A stretch of DNA of 64,000 nt from Desulfurococcales archaeon (GCA_027002995.1 JALWZB010000155.1:26365-90364); one strand, 5' to 3'; shown: positions 17,568-27,547, numbered from the stretch's first letter. Notes: generated from the sequence alone by a model not told the origin. Program-made: numbers and translations.

Positions 17568-18932
17568 ATGGTTGACGAGTACTTCAAAGTATGCGTGGTT
17601 GGGGGCGGATTAGCAGGCCTATCCGTAGCTAAGTACCTGCTGGAGCTAGGACTGAAGAGTGTGATGGTGCTTGAAGCGAGCGAGCGGGTTGGGGGACTAC
17701 TTAAGTCGGAGGACGTGAGTGGGTACGTGTTTGACACGGGCGGTTCACACATAATGTTCAGCAAGAACCCTGAAGTTCTGGCGGAAATGACTGCCTTACT
17801 TAACGGTAACGTGATCTACCATAGACGCAACACCAAAATATACTACAAGGGCAGGTTCGTTAAGTACCCATTCGAGAATGGCCTCAAGGACCTCCCACCA
17901 GAGGAAAGGTACGAATGCTTGAAGGGGATGCTGGACGCCTACATCGCGAGGCTAACTGGAAGGGCTAGGGAACCACGCAACTTCCTTGAGTGGATAAAGT
18001 ACGTGTTCGGGGAGGCGATCGCCTCTAAGTACCTGATACCGTATAACGAGAAGATCTGGAAGACAAGCCTAGATAAGATCTCCTTAGACTGGGTTGGTGG
18101 GCGCGTGCCAAACCCTCCACTGGACGACGTCATCAAGGCCGCGGTAGGGCTGGATGTGGAGGGGTATAAGCACCAGTTAAACTTCTGCTACCCGCGCGAG
18201 GGTGGCATAGAGGCCTTAGCAAAATCACTGGCTCGGTTGCTTAGGGTGAACGGGGGCGTGGTAAGAGTCAACGCACCAGTGACCTCTATAGAGCGCTCAC
18301 CACATAACGACCTAATCGAGGTGAGTTCAGAGGAATTCACGGTTAAATGCGAGTGCGTGGTGTATACGTCCCCACTAAACAGGTCACATAAGATATTGGA
18401 ACCCGTACTCCATGAGAAGGTAGCGCTCCTTAACGAGTTAAGGAGCGTGTCCCTCGCAGTGGTTGGCGTAGGTGCTAGGGGACCCACGCCACCCTACCAC
18501 TGGATATATTTCCCCGAGACCAACGTTCCATTCCATAGGGTAGGGATACTAAGTAATTACTCACCAGCCAACGCACCTGCAGGTGGGGTAGCATTAATAG
18601 CTGAGGTATCATTTAAAGAAGACTCAACACCACCTAAAACACGGGTCGAGCGAGAGGTTCTGGAAGGGCTTGAGAGCGTTGGGCTCTTGAGGCTCAGCAA
18701 CGTTGAAGTCACTGAAACATGGTTCTGGAGGGACGCCTACGTGCTGTATGACGATAGGCGCAGGAACGTATTATCTGAGATCCTCCCGCTGCTCAGAAAA
18801 GCAGGAATCTTCCCCCATGGGCGCTTCGGATCTTGGGAGTACCTTAACATGGATGCCGTTCTACTGAAGTCCAGGGAGCTTGCTGGGGACATTATTTCGT
18901 ACCTCAATCACTCGGCCCGACACCACCACTAG
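17568..18932 (+). CDS. FAD-dependent oxidoreductase (amine oxidase / UDP-galactopyranose mutase-like family)
   Basis: 454 aa. It has the N-terminal dinucleotide-binding motif VCVVGGGLAGLSVA..VLEASERVGG and the segment YLIPYNEKIWK, as in the Glf/protoporphyrinogen oxidase-like family. Confidence 0.7.
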   Translation: MVDEYFKVCVVGGGLAGLSVAKYLLELGLKSVMVLEASERVGGLLKSEDVSGYVFDTGGSHIMFSKNPEVLAEMTALLNGNVIYHRRNTKIYYKGRFVKYPFENGLKDLPPEERYECLKGMLDAYIARLTGRAREPRNFLEWIKYVFGEAIASKYLIPYNEKIWKTSLDKISLDWVGGRVPNPPLDDVIKAAVGLDVEGYKHQLNFCYPREGGIEALAKSLARLLRVNGGVVRVNAPVTSIERSPHNDLIEVSSEEFTVKCECVVYTSPLNRSHKILEPVLHEKVALLNELRSVSLAVVGVGARGPTPPYHWIYFPETNVPFHRVGILSNYSPANAPAGGVALIAEVSFKEDSTPPKTRVEREVLEGLESVGLLRLSNVEVTETWFWRDAYVLYDDRRRNVLSEILPLLRKAGIFPHGRFGSWEYLNMDAVLLKSRELAGDIISYLNHSARHHH

Positions 18933-20366
18933 TTTCGGGCGAGTAGCCGCTACATCGTAGGGCGCTACACTACCCATGTCGTGATCCAGTACTACTAAGT
19001 CAGCTCTGCAGCCGGTACTTATGGTTGTGCCGCCGAAGGAGGGGTCACGCAGGTACATACGCACCGCACCCTCTAGGTTTAGGGCCTCCATGCGCGTGAC
19101 GTACTGTAGCATTCCTCGGGTGCAAACACATGAAATACCCAGATACGGGTTTAGGGGCTCTACGGGGTAGTCACTACTCCCGTAGAGAGTTAACCCTGAA
19201 TCAGAGAGGGTCTTGAAGGCATACAACCATCTTACCCTACTACCTAACCGACTCTCTGCCCACCAATCGCCCACCAGGAAATGCGGCTGAACCACGACAT
19301 CCCTAATAGTGTTCGAGAGACCATCAACTATGTCGGGTGGCGTGAGGGAGGCATGCTCGACCCTCACAGTCCTTCCGGGTTTAACCTGCTCAGCAAACTT
19401 GATAACCTCCTCAAGCGCACCATCACCGATTGCGTGAACCGCCAGCTTCAGTCCCATGCCGCGGGCAAGTCTCCACACCCCCTCAAGTAACTTAGAGCTC
19501 ATCAGTAACTTGCCCTTGGTGTCAGAGTCGCTGTACTTCTCCCTCAGGTAGGCGGTCCTCCCACCGAGCGAGCCGTCCGCGAACACCTTTACTCCCACTA
19601 CTAACCTATCCTCCTGTAGGGTGGGGTGACGCTTAGCGTCCTCAAGGCTTACGTAAGTAGCTACGTTGATTCCATCAACGTGCTGGATAGCTTCCTTCAG
19701 TATAGTTAGTGTTTCGTTGGTTACGCTCATGAAGTTTAAGTACAACACACCGTAGTCCCTATACGTTCTCAGAAGCTCAACTACTTCCTCCACAGCTTCC
19801 TCACGGGAAGGTCTAGGCAGTAGATTCCTGAGCATCGAAACACCGTCCTCAACAACCACGCCTGTGGGCCTACCATCCTCGAACTCCATGTAATCACGTA
19901 GCTTGTCGAATATGTTAGAGGATTGAGCCAACTTCAGAAGCGCCGTGTTAGCTACTGCAATATGTCCGCAGACACGTATAATTAGCGTGGGCACGGTTCC
20001 CGTTGCTTGATCTAGGTCCTCAGCCCTAGGCATCCTGCGCTCCGCGAAGGACTCATGATCCCACCCCCTACCCACTATGTAAGGCGGGTGGTGCCTGGCG
20101 ATAAATGATGCTATCCTGTTACGCAACTCACCTATACTATGAATTCCTCTAAGGTTAATCCCACACTTACCCTCGACAAATACGTGGGCATGGGACTCGT
20201 GAAGGGCTGGCAGAACTGTTGCCCCGCCCACATCAATCCTCTTAACGCCAGCGAGCGTGGATGCTAGTGAGTGCTCCCATCCAACCTTCTCTATCACACC
20301 ATTGGAATTGATTACTACGGTATCAGCTTCGACATCCCAGAGGTGTGCGTTAACTAGCGCATACAT
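18861..20366 (-). CDS. Amidohydrolase-family metal-dependent hydrolase (YtcJ-like, Amidohydro_3)
   Basis: 501 aa. It has the N-terminal metal-binding motif HESHAHV, an internal HAIGD and a C-terminal DLVVLD. Confidence 0.75.
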   Translation of the reverse strand: MYALVNAHLWDVEADTVVINSNGVIEKVGWEHSLASTLAGVKRIDVGGATVLPALHESHAHVFVEGKCGINLRGIHSIGELRNRIASFIARHHPPYIVGRGWDHESFAERRMPRAEDLDQATGTVPTLIIRVCGHIAVANTALLKLAQSSNIFDKLRDYMEFEDGRPTGVVVEDGVSMLRNLLPRPSREEAVEEVVELLRTYRDYGVLYLNFMSVTNETLTILKEAIQHVDGINVATYVSLEDAKRHPTLQEDRLVVGVKVFADGSLGGRTAYLREKYSDSDTKGKLLMSSKLLEGVWRLARGMGLKLAVHAIGDGALEEVIKFAEQVKPGRTVRVEHASLTPPDIVDGLSNTIRDVVVQPHFLVGDWWAESRLGSRVRWLYAFKTLSDSGLTLYGSSDYPVEPLNPYLGISCVCTRGMLQYVTRMEALNLEGAVRMYLRDPSFGGTTISTGCRADLVVLDHDMGSVAPYDVAATRPKLVVVSGRVIEVRNNVPSKLPGLQ

Positions 20367-20494
20367 TCGCTGTCGACCCTCACAAGTATTGCTACTAATC
20401 CTTATGAGGAGTTACGCTCAAGCCCATAGGGACTTGCTATCTACGTAGTTAAAGCTTTATACGATACCCGTACTCACAAAGAGGGTGACCTGTA

Positions 20495-21541
20495 GTGAAG
20501 GGAGTGAGTACTCTGCGTAGGGTGGTAGCCACTGCCCTAATGATTACAGTACTTACAACGGTATTCATGATGTCGCTTCAAACGCATGCAACTCAGTGGA
20601 GGTGGGAGACCGTAACCTCCTTGAAGGATCCTGTGGGCGACGATAAGGGCGTGGGGAATTACGTTTATCCTGAAGCTAGCGAATTCCGGAAAGGAGTGCT
20701 TGACCTCACGGGCTTTACGGCCAAGTTTAACAGGGGGTACGGCATTCAGTTCGTAGTTAACTTATCTAAGATAGGTGGTAACCCAAGGAACTTTAACACT
20801 GGTTTCAGCCTTCAGGAAATCCAGATATATGTTCATGCTAAGGATGGCGTGCCCGGAAGCATAAACACGTATGGACTCAACGTCGTTGTTAGGGGACCTG
20901 ACGCATGGCAATTCACCGTAATAGCCCCAGCGTACGCACCCCCATGGAACGCCACGATGGTGCTTATTTACGCTAACGGCACTGTGGTTAAGGACCCTGA
21001 AGGCGCTAACATTAGCGTAAAGGGCAACTCAATAGTGATTAACATCCCGATGAAGTACGTGAAGAGCTGGAGTGACAACATGAAGTACTGGAGGTACTTC
21101 GTCGCAGTAACGCCTTTCGACCCTAAGGAACCTTTCGGCGTCATGCGCCTAAGCACGACACCGGGCAAGGACGTCATCGGTAGTGTCAGTCCCTTGATGC
21201 TGGGTGCGGGTGTAGCACCGAAAATCATGGACCTACTAGCTCCTAACGCATCTGCGCAGTACCTAATGCTTAAATCGTATGACATCTCAAGCGGATCCCC
21301 CGCAGTAGTTGCTGCAGTCCCGTACGCCCAGAGCTACATACTGCCTCAACCGGTGAAGACCGCTACATTGACAGTAACGAAAACCAAGTCTACCACAGTA
21401 ACGCATTATGAGTACAGTACCGTAACAACAACTGTCACTAAACTGCATGAGTACTACGGTTCAATGACATGGGGATTAATGGGACTAGTCATCCTCCTTG
21501 CTATAGTGCTCGCAGTACTACTGGAGAGGAGTAGAAGGTAG
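20495..21541 (+). CDS. Secreted, C-terminally membrane-anchored protein (glucodextranase-C-like domain, Thr-rich stalk)
   Basis: 348 aa. It has a signal-like N-terminus, DPVGDDKGVGNYVYPEASEF..LDLTGF (resembling the glucodextranase C-terminal/S-layer-associated domain), a TVT-rich linker and a terminal TM helix followed by RSRR. Confidence 0.5.
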   Translation: MKGVSTLRRVVATALMITVLTTVFMMSLQTHATQWRWETVTSLKDPVGDDKGVGNYVYPEASEFRKGVLDLTGFTAKFNRGYGIQFVVNLSKIGGNPRNFNTGFSLQEIQIYVHAKDGVPGSINTYGLNVVVRGPDAWQFTVIAPAYAPPWNATMVLIYANGTVVKDPEGANISVKGNSIVINIPMKYVKSWSDNMKYWRYFVAVTPFDPKEPFGVMRLSTTPGKDVIGSVSPLMLGAGVAPKIMDLLAPNASAQYLMLKSYDISSGSPAVVAAVPYAQSYILPQPVKTATLTVTKTKSTTVTHYEYSTVTTTVTKLHEYYGSMTWGLMGLVILLAIVLAVLLERSRR

Positions 21542-21644
21542 AGTTCTTTTCCCCACACTGCCATGGTTACCACAGTAATGACATACTCCCCATATTGCTT
21601 CTGTTTATTACTTACATTAAGTAGTGTATACTTGGTGCAGGATT

Positions 21645-24032
21645 ATGCTTAGATTCTACCTCCTAGACACGAGCTATGAAGTTCTAGGGAAAACACCTGT
21701 AGTACTTATCTGGGCAATCAAGGATGACGGCACACCAATACTGATTAAGGATGATTCCTTCAGGCCATATTTCTATGCTTTACTCGAAGATAATGCCGAC
21801 GCCGAGGAGGTTGCTGGAAGAGTTAAGTCCCTCAGCCGGGCTGCCTCACCCATAATCAGTGTGGAGGTGGTTAGTAGGAAATACTACGGTAAGCCAGTTA
21901 AGGCCTTAAAGATAACCACTCAGATCCCTGAGTACGTCCGAACCTACAGAGAGGAAGTTAAGAGCTTGAAAGGCGTAAAGGAGGTTCTGGAGGCAGACAT
22001 CAGGTTTGCCATGAGGTACATTATTGACAAGGATCTTTCACCCTGTACGTGGTACGAGGTTGAGGCTGAAGGCCCGTTCAAAGATGAGAAATATAGGGTG
22101 GAAGAGGTTTACAGAGTAAGTAACCCAGTATACAAGCCGTTGCCGGAGAAGAAGTTCCCACCTAAGCTCAAGATACTCGCCTTCGATACTGAGGTTTACA
22201 ACCCAGCCGGTGCTCCGAGAAGCGATAAGGATCCCGTAATAATAGTTTCGCTTATGAACTCTAAAGGCGAAATTAAACTACTAACCGCCTCCGAAGGACC
22301 TAAAGGAGATCTCGAACTTCTCAAGGAATTCAAGGATTACGTGCTAACATACGACCCAGACATTATCGTCGGATACAACACCAGCGGGTTTGACTGGCCC
22401 TACCTGCTCGAACGCTCGAAAATCCTAGGTGTAAAGCTTGATGTAGGGAGAGTTAAGAATGCACCCCCAAGAACGTCCGCATACGGTCACATCTCCGTAC
22501 CAGGCAGGCTTAACGTTGATCTCTACGACTTTGCCGAGGAACTTTATGAAGTTAAGATAAAGTCACTTGATGAGGTCGCTGATTACTTAGGGGTTATGAA
22601 GAAGAGTGAAAGAACTCACGTGCCTTGGTACGAGATCTACAGGTATTGGGACGACCCTAAGAAGAGGGAAACCCTCCTCAAGTATGCACGGGATGACGTG
22701 GTGTCGACCATGGGACTCGCCGACAAGTTCTTACCCTTCGCCATGCAACTCTCAAGCCTCACAGGCTTACCACTGGATCAGGTTGGTGCAGCCTCGGTAG
22801 GATTTAGACTTGAGTGGTACTTGATCAGGGCCGCATATAAGTCGAAGGAACTGGTTCCCAACAGAGTTGAGAGACCTTACGAGCCATACAAGGGCGCCAT
22901 CGTGCTCGAGCCGATTAAGGGTGTGCATGAAAACGTGGCTGTCCTTGACTTCTCGTCAATGTATCCCAACCTAATGATTAAGTACAACATTGGACCCGAC
23001 ACGTTCGTAACGGGCGAATGCAGTGATGACGAATGCCACATCATACCAGGTCTCGGATATAAGTTCAGAAAGGAGCCGCCGGGATTCTTCAAGAGCGTCC
23101 TTCAAACGCTACTAACCTTGCGCAAGAAGGTCAAGGAGGAAATGAAGGCATACCCGCCTGATTCACCGGAGTACAGGCTACTTAACGAAAGGCAGAAGGC
23201 GTTGAAGGTGCTTGCTAACGCATCGTACGGATACATGGGGTGGGTCGGTGCTAGGTGGTACTTCCGGGAAGGGGCTGAGGCTGTGACTGCCTTAGGAAGG
23301 GCGACGATCATGCAGGCAATAAGGATAGCTAAGTCGTTAGGACTCAAAGTGATCTACGGAGACACTGACTCACTCTTCGTGAGCTACGATAAGTCTAAGG
23401 TTGAGGAATTCATAAGACGTATTGAGAAGGAACTCGGCTTAGAAATAAAGATCGATAAAGTATACAGGAGGGTGTTCTTCACCGAAGCCAAGAAAAGATA
23501 TGTGGGACTCACGGAGGACGGCAGGATAGACATAGTCGGGTTCGAGGCCGTCCGCGGTGACTGGACCGACATAGCGAAGGAAGTTCAGGAAGAGGTGGCT
23601 AAGATAGTCCTATCAACTGGAGGAACAAGGGACGCCATAGAGTATGTGAGGAATGTGATAAAGGAGTTAAGGTCGGGGAAGATACCTATAGAGAAGTTAA
23701 TAATATGGAAGTCAATCACTAGGAGACTTGAAGAGTACTCCGTTGACGCACCACATGTTGCTGCGGCAAGAAGGCTTCAGAAGATGGGGATTAAGGTCGA
23801 TGTTGGGAGTAAGGTGGGGTACGTGGTCGTTAAGGGTAGTGGAAACATATCGTCAAGAGCCTACCCGTACATGATGGTCAAGCCCAGCGACGTTGATGTG
23901 GAGTACTACGTAAAACACCAGATACTCCCTGCCGCACTCAGAATACTGTCGTACTTCGGAGTGACTGAAAAACAGCTTGAAGTTGCGGGTAAGGGCATGC
24001 GTACATTAATGGATTTCATGAAGAAGAAGTAA
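21645..24032 (+). CDS. polB: Family B DNA polymerase
   Basis: Exo I is FDTEV, motif A is LDFSSMYPNLM, motif B is KVLANASYGYMG and motif C is YGDTDS. The ATG at 21645 (MLRFYLLDTSYEV) is preferred to the upstream GTG at 21624. Confidence 0.95.
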   Translation: MLRFYLLDTSYEVLGKTPVVLIWAIKDDGTPILIKDDSFRPYFYALLEDNADAEEVAGRVKSLSRAASPIISVEVVSRKYYGKPVKALKITTQIPEYVRTYREEVKSLKGVKEVLEADIRFAMRYIIDKDLSPCTWYEVEAEGPFKDEKYRVEEVYRVSNPVYKPLPEKKFPPKLKILAFDTEVYNPAGAPRSDKDPVIIVSLMNSKGEIKLLTASEGPKGDLELLKEFKDYVLTYDPDIIVGYNTSGFDWPYLLERSKILGVKLDVGRVKNAPPRTSAYGHISVPGRLNVDLYDFAEELYEVKIKSLDEVADYLGVMKKSERTHVPWYEIYRYWDDPKKRETLLKYARDDVVSTMGLADKFLPFAMQLSSLTGLPLDQVGAASVGFRLEWYLIRAAYKSKELVPNRVERPYEPYKGAIVLEPIKGVHENVAVLDFSSMYPNLMIKYNIGPDTFVTGECSDDECHIIPGLGYKFRKEPPGFFKSVLQTLLTLRKKVKEEMKAYPPDSPEYRLLNERQKALKVLANASYGYMGWVGARWYFREGAEAVTALGRATIMQAIRIAKSLGLKVIYGDTDSLFVSYDKSKVEEFIRRIEKELGLEIKIDKVYRRVFFTEAKKRYVGLTEDGRIDIVGFEAVRGDWTDIAKEVQEEVAKIVLSTGGTRDAIEYVRNVIKELRSGKIPIEKLIIWKSITRRLEEYSVDAPHVAAARRLQKMGIKVDVGSKVGYVVVKGSGNISSRAYPYMMVKPSDVDVEYYVKHQILPAALRILSYFGVTEKQLEVAGKGMRTLMDFMKKK

Positions 24033-24040
24033 GTCATTAA

Positions 24041-25237
24041 CTACTTCGTTAGGTCATCAAACGTCAATATCACTGTGTCTGCCGGTTTCTTAGTTATCGT
24101 CGCGACCCTAGCCCCTATTATGACCTTCACACCCTTAACAGAGCAGGCGTCCGCAACCCTCTGAGTAATTATTCCATCCATAACGACCGCATGGACTTTC
24201 TTGTCCGTCGTAACTAGGTAATCAACTATATCCTTAACTGGGATCCTCTCAAGAGGTTCCCACTTATCATTATATACTATTGCCTCGAGGGTACCACGTA
24301 GCGACTCTATATCTTTTAACACCTGAGTAGGTATGTGGAAAGTCTCCATCACTTCAGGTTTCGGTGTGATGGCAGCCTCCGGAAGTGTCACTGCCTTACT
24401 CACTTCCTGTGCTTTCTTTGCGGCCTGCATTTGCTGTAGGTACGTCTGCACAGGGACAGCATTCTTCAGAGCCTTCGCTATCTCCTTACCAGTTAGATCC
24501 TCAACCTCTCTCCCTGGCGGTGCTCTAGCTATGTAGTCTACCTTAGCGACCCGCAGGAGTTCCTTGAGTATAAGGTCCCCGGCATGGTCACCGTCTAGAA
24601 ATGCTATGGTTCTCTTCCTTCTCGATAACTTGATTACTGTATCGGGGATCTTCCCTTTAGCGCCTTCAATAGCGATCGCGTTCTTGTACCCGTACTTAAG
24701 CAGGTTGATTACGTCGGCCCTACCCTCCACGATTATCAACGTGTCTGACCTATCTACTTCTGGGCCCGCCACAAGTCCCTCTGGCCCATACTTTATGATG
24801 CCTCCGGCCTTCACGGAACTCTCTATTTCGTTCAGCACCTCACGCACGTCAACCGTCTTCTCACGGAACCATTTCTCTAGGATCTCCTTAGCACGCTCGG
24901 TAATCTTCTTGATTTTCTCGTACCTTAGATCCACTATGTCCACTACCCGTATCCGTGCATTGAATGGCCCAACCTTATCAACCATCTCTAGCATTGCCGC
25001 GACTAATGCCGTCTCCGCCTTATCGAGGTTGGAAGGCATCAGTATCTCCCCGAAGGTTTTCCCGCCTTGATGTTTGATGTCCACCGATATTCTTCCTATC
25101 CTGCCTTTATCCTGCAATTCCCTCAGGTCGAAGTCAGGTCCGAAGAGGCCCTCTGTTTGACCGAATATAGCCCCTATTATGTCTGATTTTTCGACCATGC
25201 CATCTACTTCTATCTTGGCTCTGATCATGTACTTCAT
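24041..25237 (-). CDS. dnaG: Archaeal DnaG-type primase (TOPRIM; exosome-associated)
   Basis: The N-terminus MKYMIRAKIEVDGMVEKSDIIGAIFGQTEGLFG is the conserved archaeal DnaG opening, and the TOPRIM segment is LIIVEGRADV..FLDGDHAGD. The ATG at 25237 is preceded by the SD-like GAGGTGAT (25251..25244) with a 6-nt spacer. The ORF-track extension to 25408 is rejected. Confidence 0.9.
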   Translation of the reverse strand: MKYMIRAKIEVDGMVEKSDIIGAIFGQTEGLFGPDFDLRELQDKGRIGRISVDIKHQGGKTFGEILMPSNLDKAETALVAAMLEMVDKVGPFNARIRVVDIVDLRYEKIKKITERAKEILEKWFREKTVDVREVLNEIESSVKAGGIIKYGPEGLVAGPEVDRSDTLIIVEGRADVINLLKYGYKNAIAIEGAKGKIPDTVIKLSRRKRTIAFLDGDHAGDLILKELLRVAKVDYIARAPPGREVEDLTGKEIAKALKNAVPVQTYLQQMQAAKKAQEVSKAVTLPEAAITPKPEVMETFHIPTQVLKDIESLRGTLEAIVYNDKWEPLERIPVKDIVDYLVTTDKKVHAVVMDGIITQRVADACSVKGVKVIIGARVATITKKPADTVILTFDDLTK

Positions 25238-25658
25238 GTGAGCATCACCTCTTACGATGATGACTGATGAGTATCCACGATAGTTACACCTCAGAGTAAA
25301 TAAGCTAATTATGTTTCCCTTCTGGTTTTTCCAACTGTTGCTTAACCTACTCAGAACACTAAACTGGCTGTAAGTGTCCATGCAAGTCCAAGAGTGCCTC
25401 ATCCCCACTAATTATTAAGGGTGATTTCGAAGTGAATTATATAGGGTGTCTTCTTGACCGCGAACAACGTAAGTTATTACGATAGAACACATGCCCGAAG
25501 GAGATGCCGCGAATTATGTGCGGAATATGGCTTCTCAGGTGACGCTTTCAATAACTGTGTTAATGCCTGTTTGAAGGAACTCTTAAAAGAGAAGAGTCTT
25601 TAACGCGGTTAAAGTTTTAAGGAATAATACGTTAAACAAGGATAGCGGTGTATTTTAA

Positions 25659-26000
25659 ATGAAGAAACCCCCGTGCGAGTGGCGGGTTAGGGAATTAATT
25701 CCAGTAATAAGGGCGTCTATAGCGAAGATTCTAGTTGAGAAGCATGGTTATTCAATATACCAGGCATCTAAGGTTATGGGTGTTACCCCAGCTGCAGTAT
25801 CTAATTACCTTACTATGAAGAGATCTAAAGCAAACGTAGTTCAGGAGATTCTTAAAGATGAGAAATCCTCGAAACTAATTAATGAGTTCGTCAAGAAGAT
25901 GGTTGCTGGCGAACTAGAAGTTGGTGAGGCGCTGTGTGCTCTATGTAGGAGATTAGCAGATTGTGAAGTCATAAGGAGGATTATGCCACCTAACGAATAA
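25659..26000 (+). CDS. Small HTH transcriptional regulator with Cys motif (COG2522-like)
   Basis: 113 aa. The HTH is YSIYQASKVMGVTPAAVSNYL, followed by a C-terminal CALCRRLADC (C-x2-C-x5-C), with a further Cys at position 6. Confidence 0.55.
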   Translation: MKKPPCEWRVRELIPVIRASIAKILVEKHGYSIYQASKVMGVTPAAVSNYLTMKRSKANVVQEILKDEKSSKLINEFVKKMVAGELEVGEALCALCRRLADCEVIRRIMPPNE

Positions 26001-26110
26001 TCCACGGTTTTTAAGAGAGAAATTAAATGTAAGGATCACGAAGTATTCTCTTTCCCAAGGCGGGTGATTAGGTTATATTAGTGACCCCCTACTAAGTCTT
26101 AGGTGTCTGA

Positions 26111-27547
26111 GTGAAGCTTTCCAGCATAGCTAAGGCAGTATGTGGCCTATTAACAGTGCTGGGCAGTCTGATGCTCACTGTGCCTTTTATAGATTATGTT
26201 TATCATGAGCCAATTAGCGAGTACTTCCTAGTTGCCGGTATTCTGTTGCTGGGTGTTGGATCCATATTAGGTCGTATAAGGGCTGAACCGTTAACGACAC
26301 TTGAGGCCTTGGTTACGGCTGCAATAGCGTGGTTTATCATACCTCTGATATCGGCAGTAGTGCTTTCACTACAGATAAACGTGGATTTCGTGGATGCGCT
26401 CTTCGAGTCCGTTAGTGGATTCACCGGTACGGGATTCACAGTTTTGACACCATCCCGCCTGAAGCACTCGATAATTTTCTGGAGATCCTTTATGCAATGG
26501 ACGGGTGAGCTAGGGTTCGTTGTATTCGCTATGGTGCTAATACCTTACTTCTACAAGATAGCGAGGACACTCTACGGCATAGAGCGTCCCGTAAAGCTGG
26601 AGACAACATTCTACCGGACAGCTATAAGGCTCATACTCATTTACCTACTATTAACGGTCCTCGGCACAGTGGCGTACGTATTAGCGGGTATGCCGTTCTT
26701 TGAGGCGCTGAATCACGTGATGACTACTGTGGCTACGGGAGGCATGTCCACATACGACAACGGGTATAACACTATCTATGCTTACGCTCCCGCAACCTAC
26801 TGGCCATTTATGATATTCATGATTCTGGGAGGTATGAATTTCATAGACCTTCACTCCATGTTCAGTGGGAAGATAAAGAGGCTAATTACATCCGAGGAAT
26901 TCAGGTACTACATTGGCTCGCTAATATTCATATCGCTTCTCGTCTCACTCTCCTACCACTACGCTGAGGGCGTAAAAAATTGGGTTGATGCATTTAAGAT
27001 AGGATTCTTCAACACAGTTTCGGGAATGACGACCACGGGCTTCAACATAGGATCCCTAGCTAATCTAAAGGACGTCACGAAAGCCCTAATAACGGTCGGC
27101 ATGTTCATCGGGGGCATGACGTTCTCGACAGCGGGTGGGATCAAGAGCTTAAGATTAATGCTCTTCATGAAGAAGTTAAAACACTATGTCCAATCAATGA
27201 TCTCACCATCCTCAATAGTGAGGGCAATATCAGTACATGGAAGAAGCGTCAGCGACACCGACATAGCCGCGGCATTACTCTTCATAGTAATCCATGGCAT
27301 CGTAGTCGTCTCGGCAGCCCTAGCGATATCAGCGTACGGATATTCTTTCACCGACGCACTATTCGAAACTACGTCAGCAGCAAGCTGCGTGGGATTAAGC
27401 GTAAACGTCGTTTCAAGCACGGCACCCACTGGCGTTAAACTAGTAATAACGGCAGTCATGCTGATGGGTAGAATAGAGTACCTTAACGTGTTCTTATTGC
27501 TGGCACTAATCTTTGGAAGGAAAACTATAGCCCTCACGCGTCAGTGA
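26111..27547 (+). CDS. trkH: TrkH-family K+ uptake membrane subunit
   Basis: 478 aa and polytopic. It has repeated selectivity-filter-like segments (SGFTGTGF, TVATGGMST, SGMTTTGF, FSTAGGIK), and trkA is adjacent. Confidence 0.9.
   Translation: MKLSSIAKAVCGLLTVLGSLMLTVPFIDYVYHEPISEYFLVAGILLLGVGSILGRIRAEPLTTLEALVTAAIAWFIIPLISAVVLSLQINVDFVDALFESVSGFTGTGFTVLTPSRLKHSIIFWRSFMQWTGELGFVVFAMVLIPYFYKIARTLYGIERPVKLETTFYRTAIRLILIYLLLTVLGTVAYVLAGMPFFEALNHVMTTVATGGMSTYDNGYNTIYAYAPATYWPFMIFMILGGMNFIDLHSMFSGKIKRLITSEEFRYYIGSLIFISLLVSLSYHYAEGVKNWVDAFKIGFFNTVSGMTTTGFNIGSLANLKDVTKALITVGMFIGGMTFSTAGGIKSLRLMLFMKKLKHYVQSMISPSSIVRAISVHGRSVSDTDIAAALLFIVIHGIVVVSAALAISAYGYSFTDALFETTSAASCVGLSVNVVSSTAPTGVKLVITAVMLMGRIEYLNVFLLLALIFGRKTIALTRQ

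Noticed and set aside
25238-25408. The ORF-track N-terminal extension of dnaG (MGMRHSWTCMDTYSQ..), and similar extensions at 866..1039, 12114..12212, 21624..21644, 38123..38158, 40719..40754 and 52723..52782.
   Set aside because: Internal starts reproduce the conserved family N-termini or remove overlaps with neighbouring genes. The extensions have no protein-like character.
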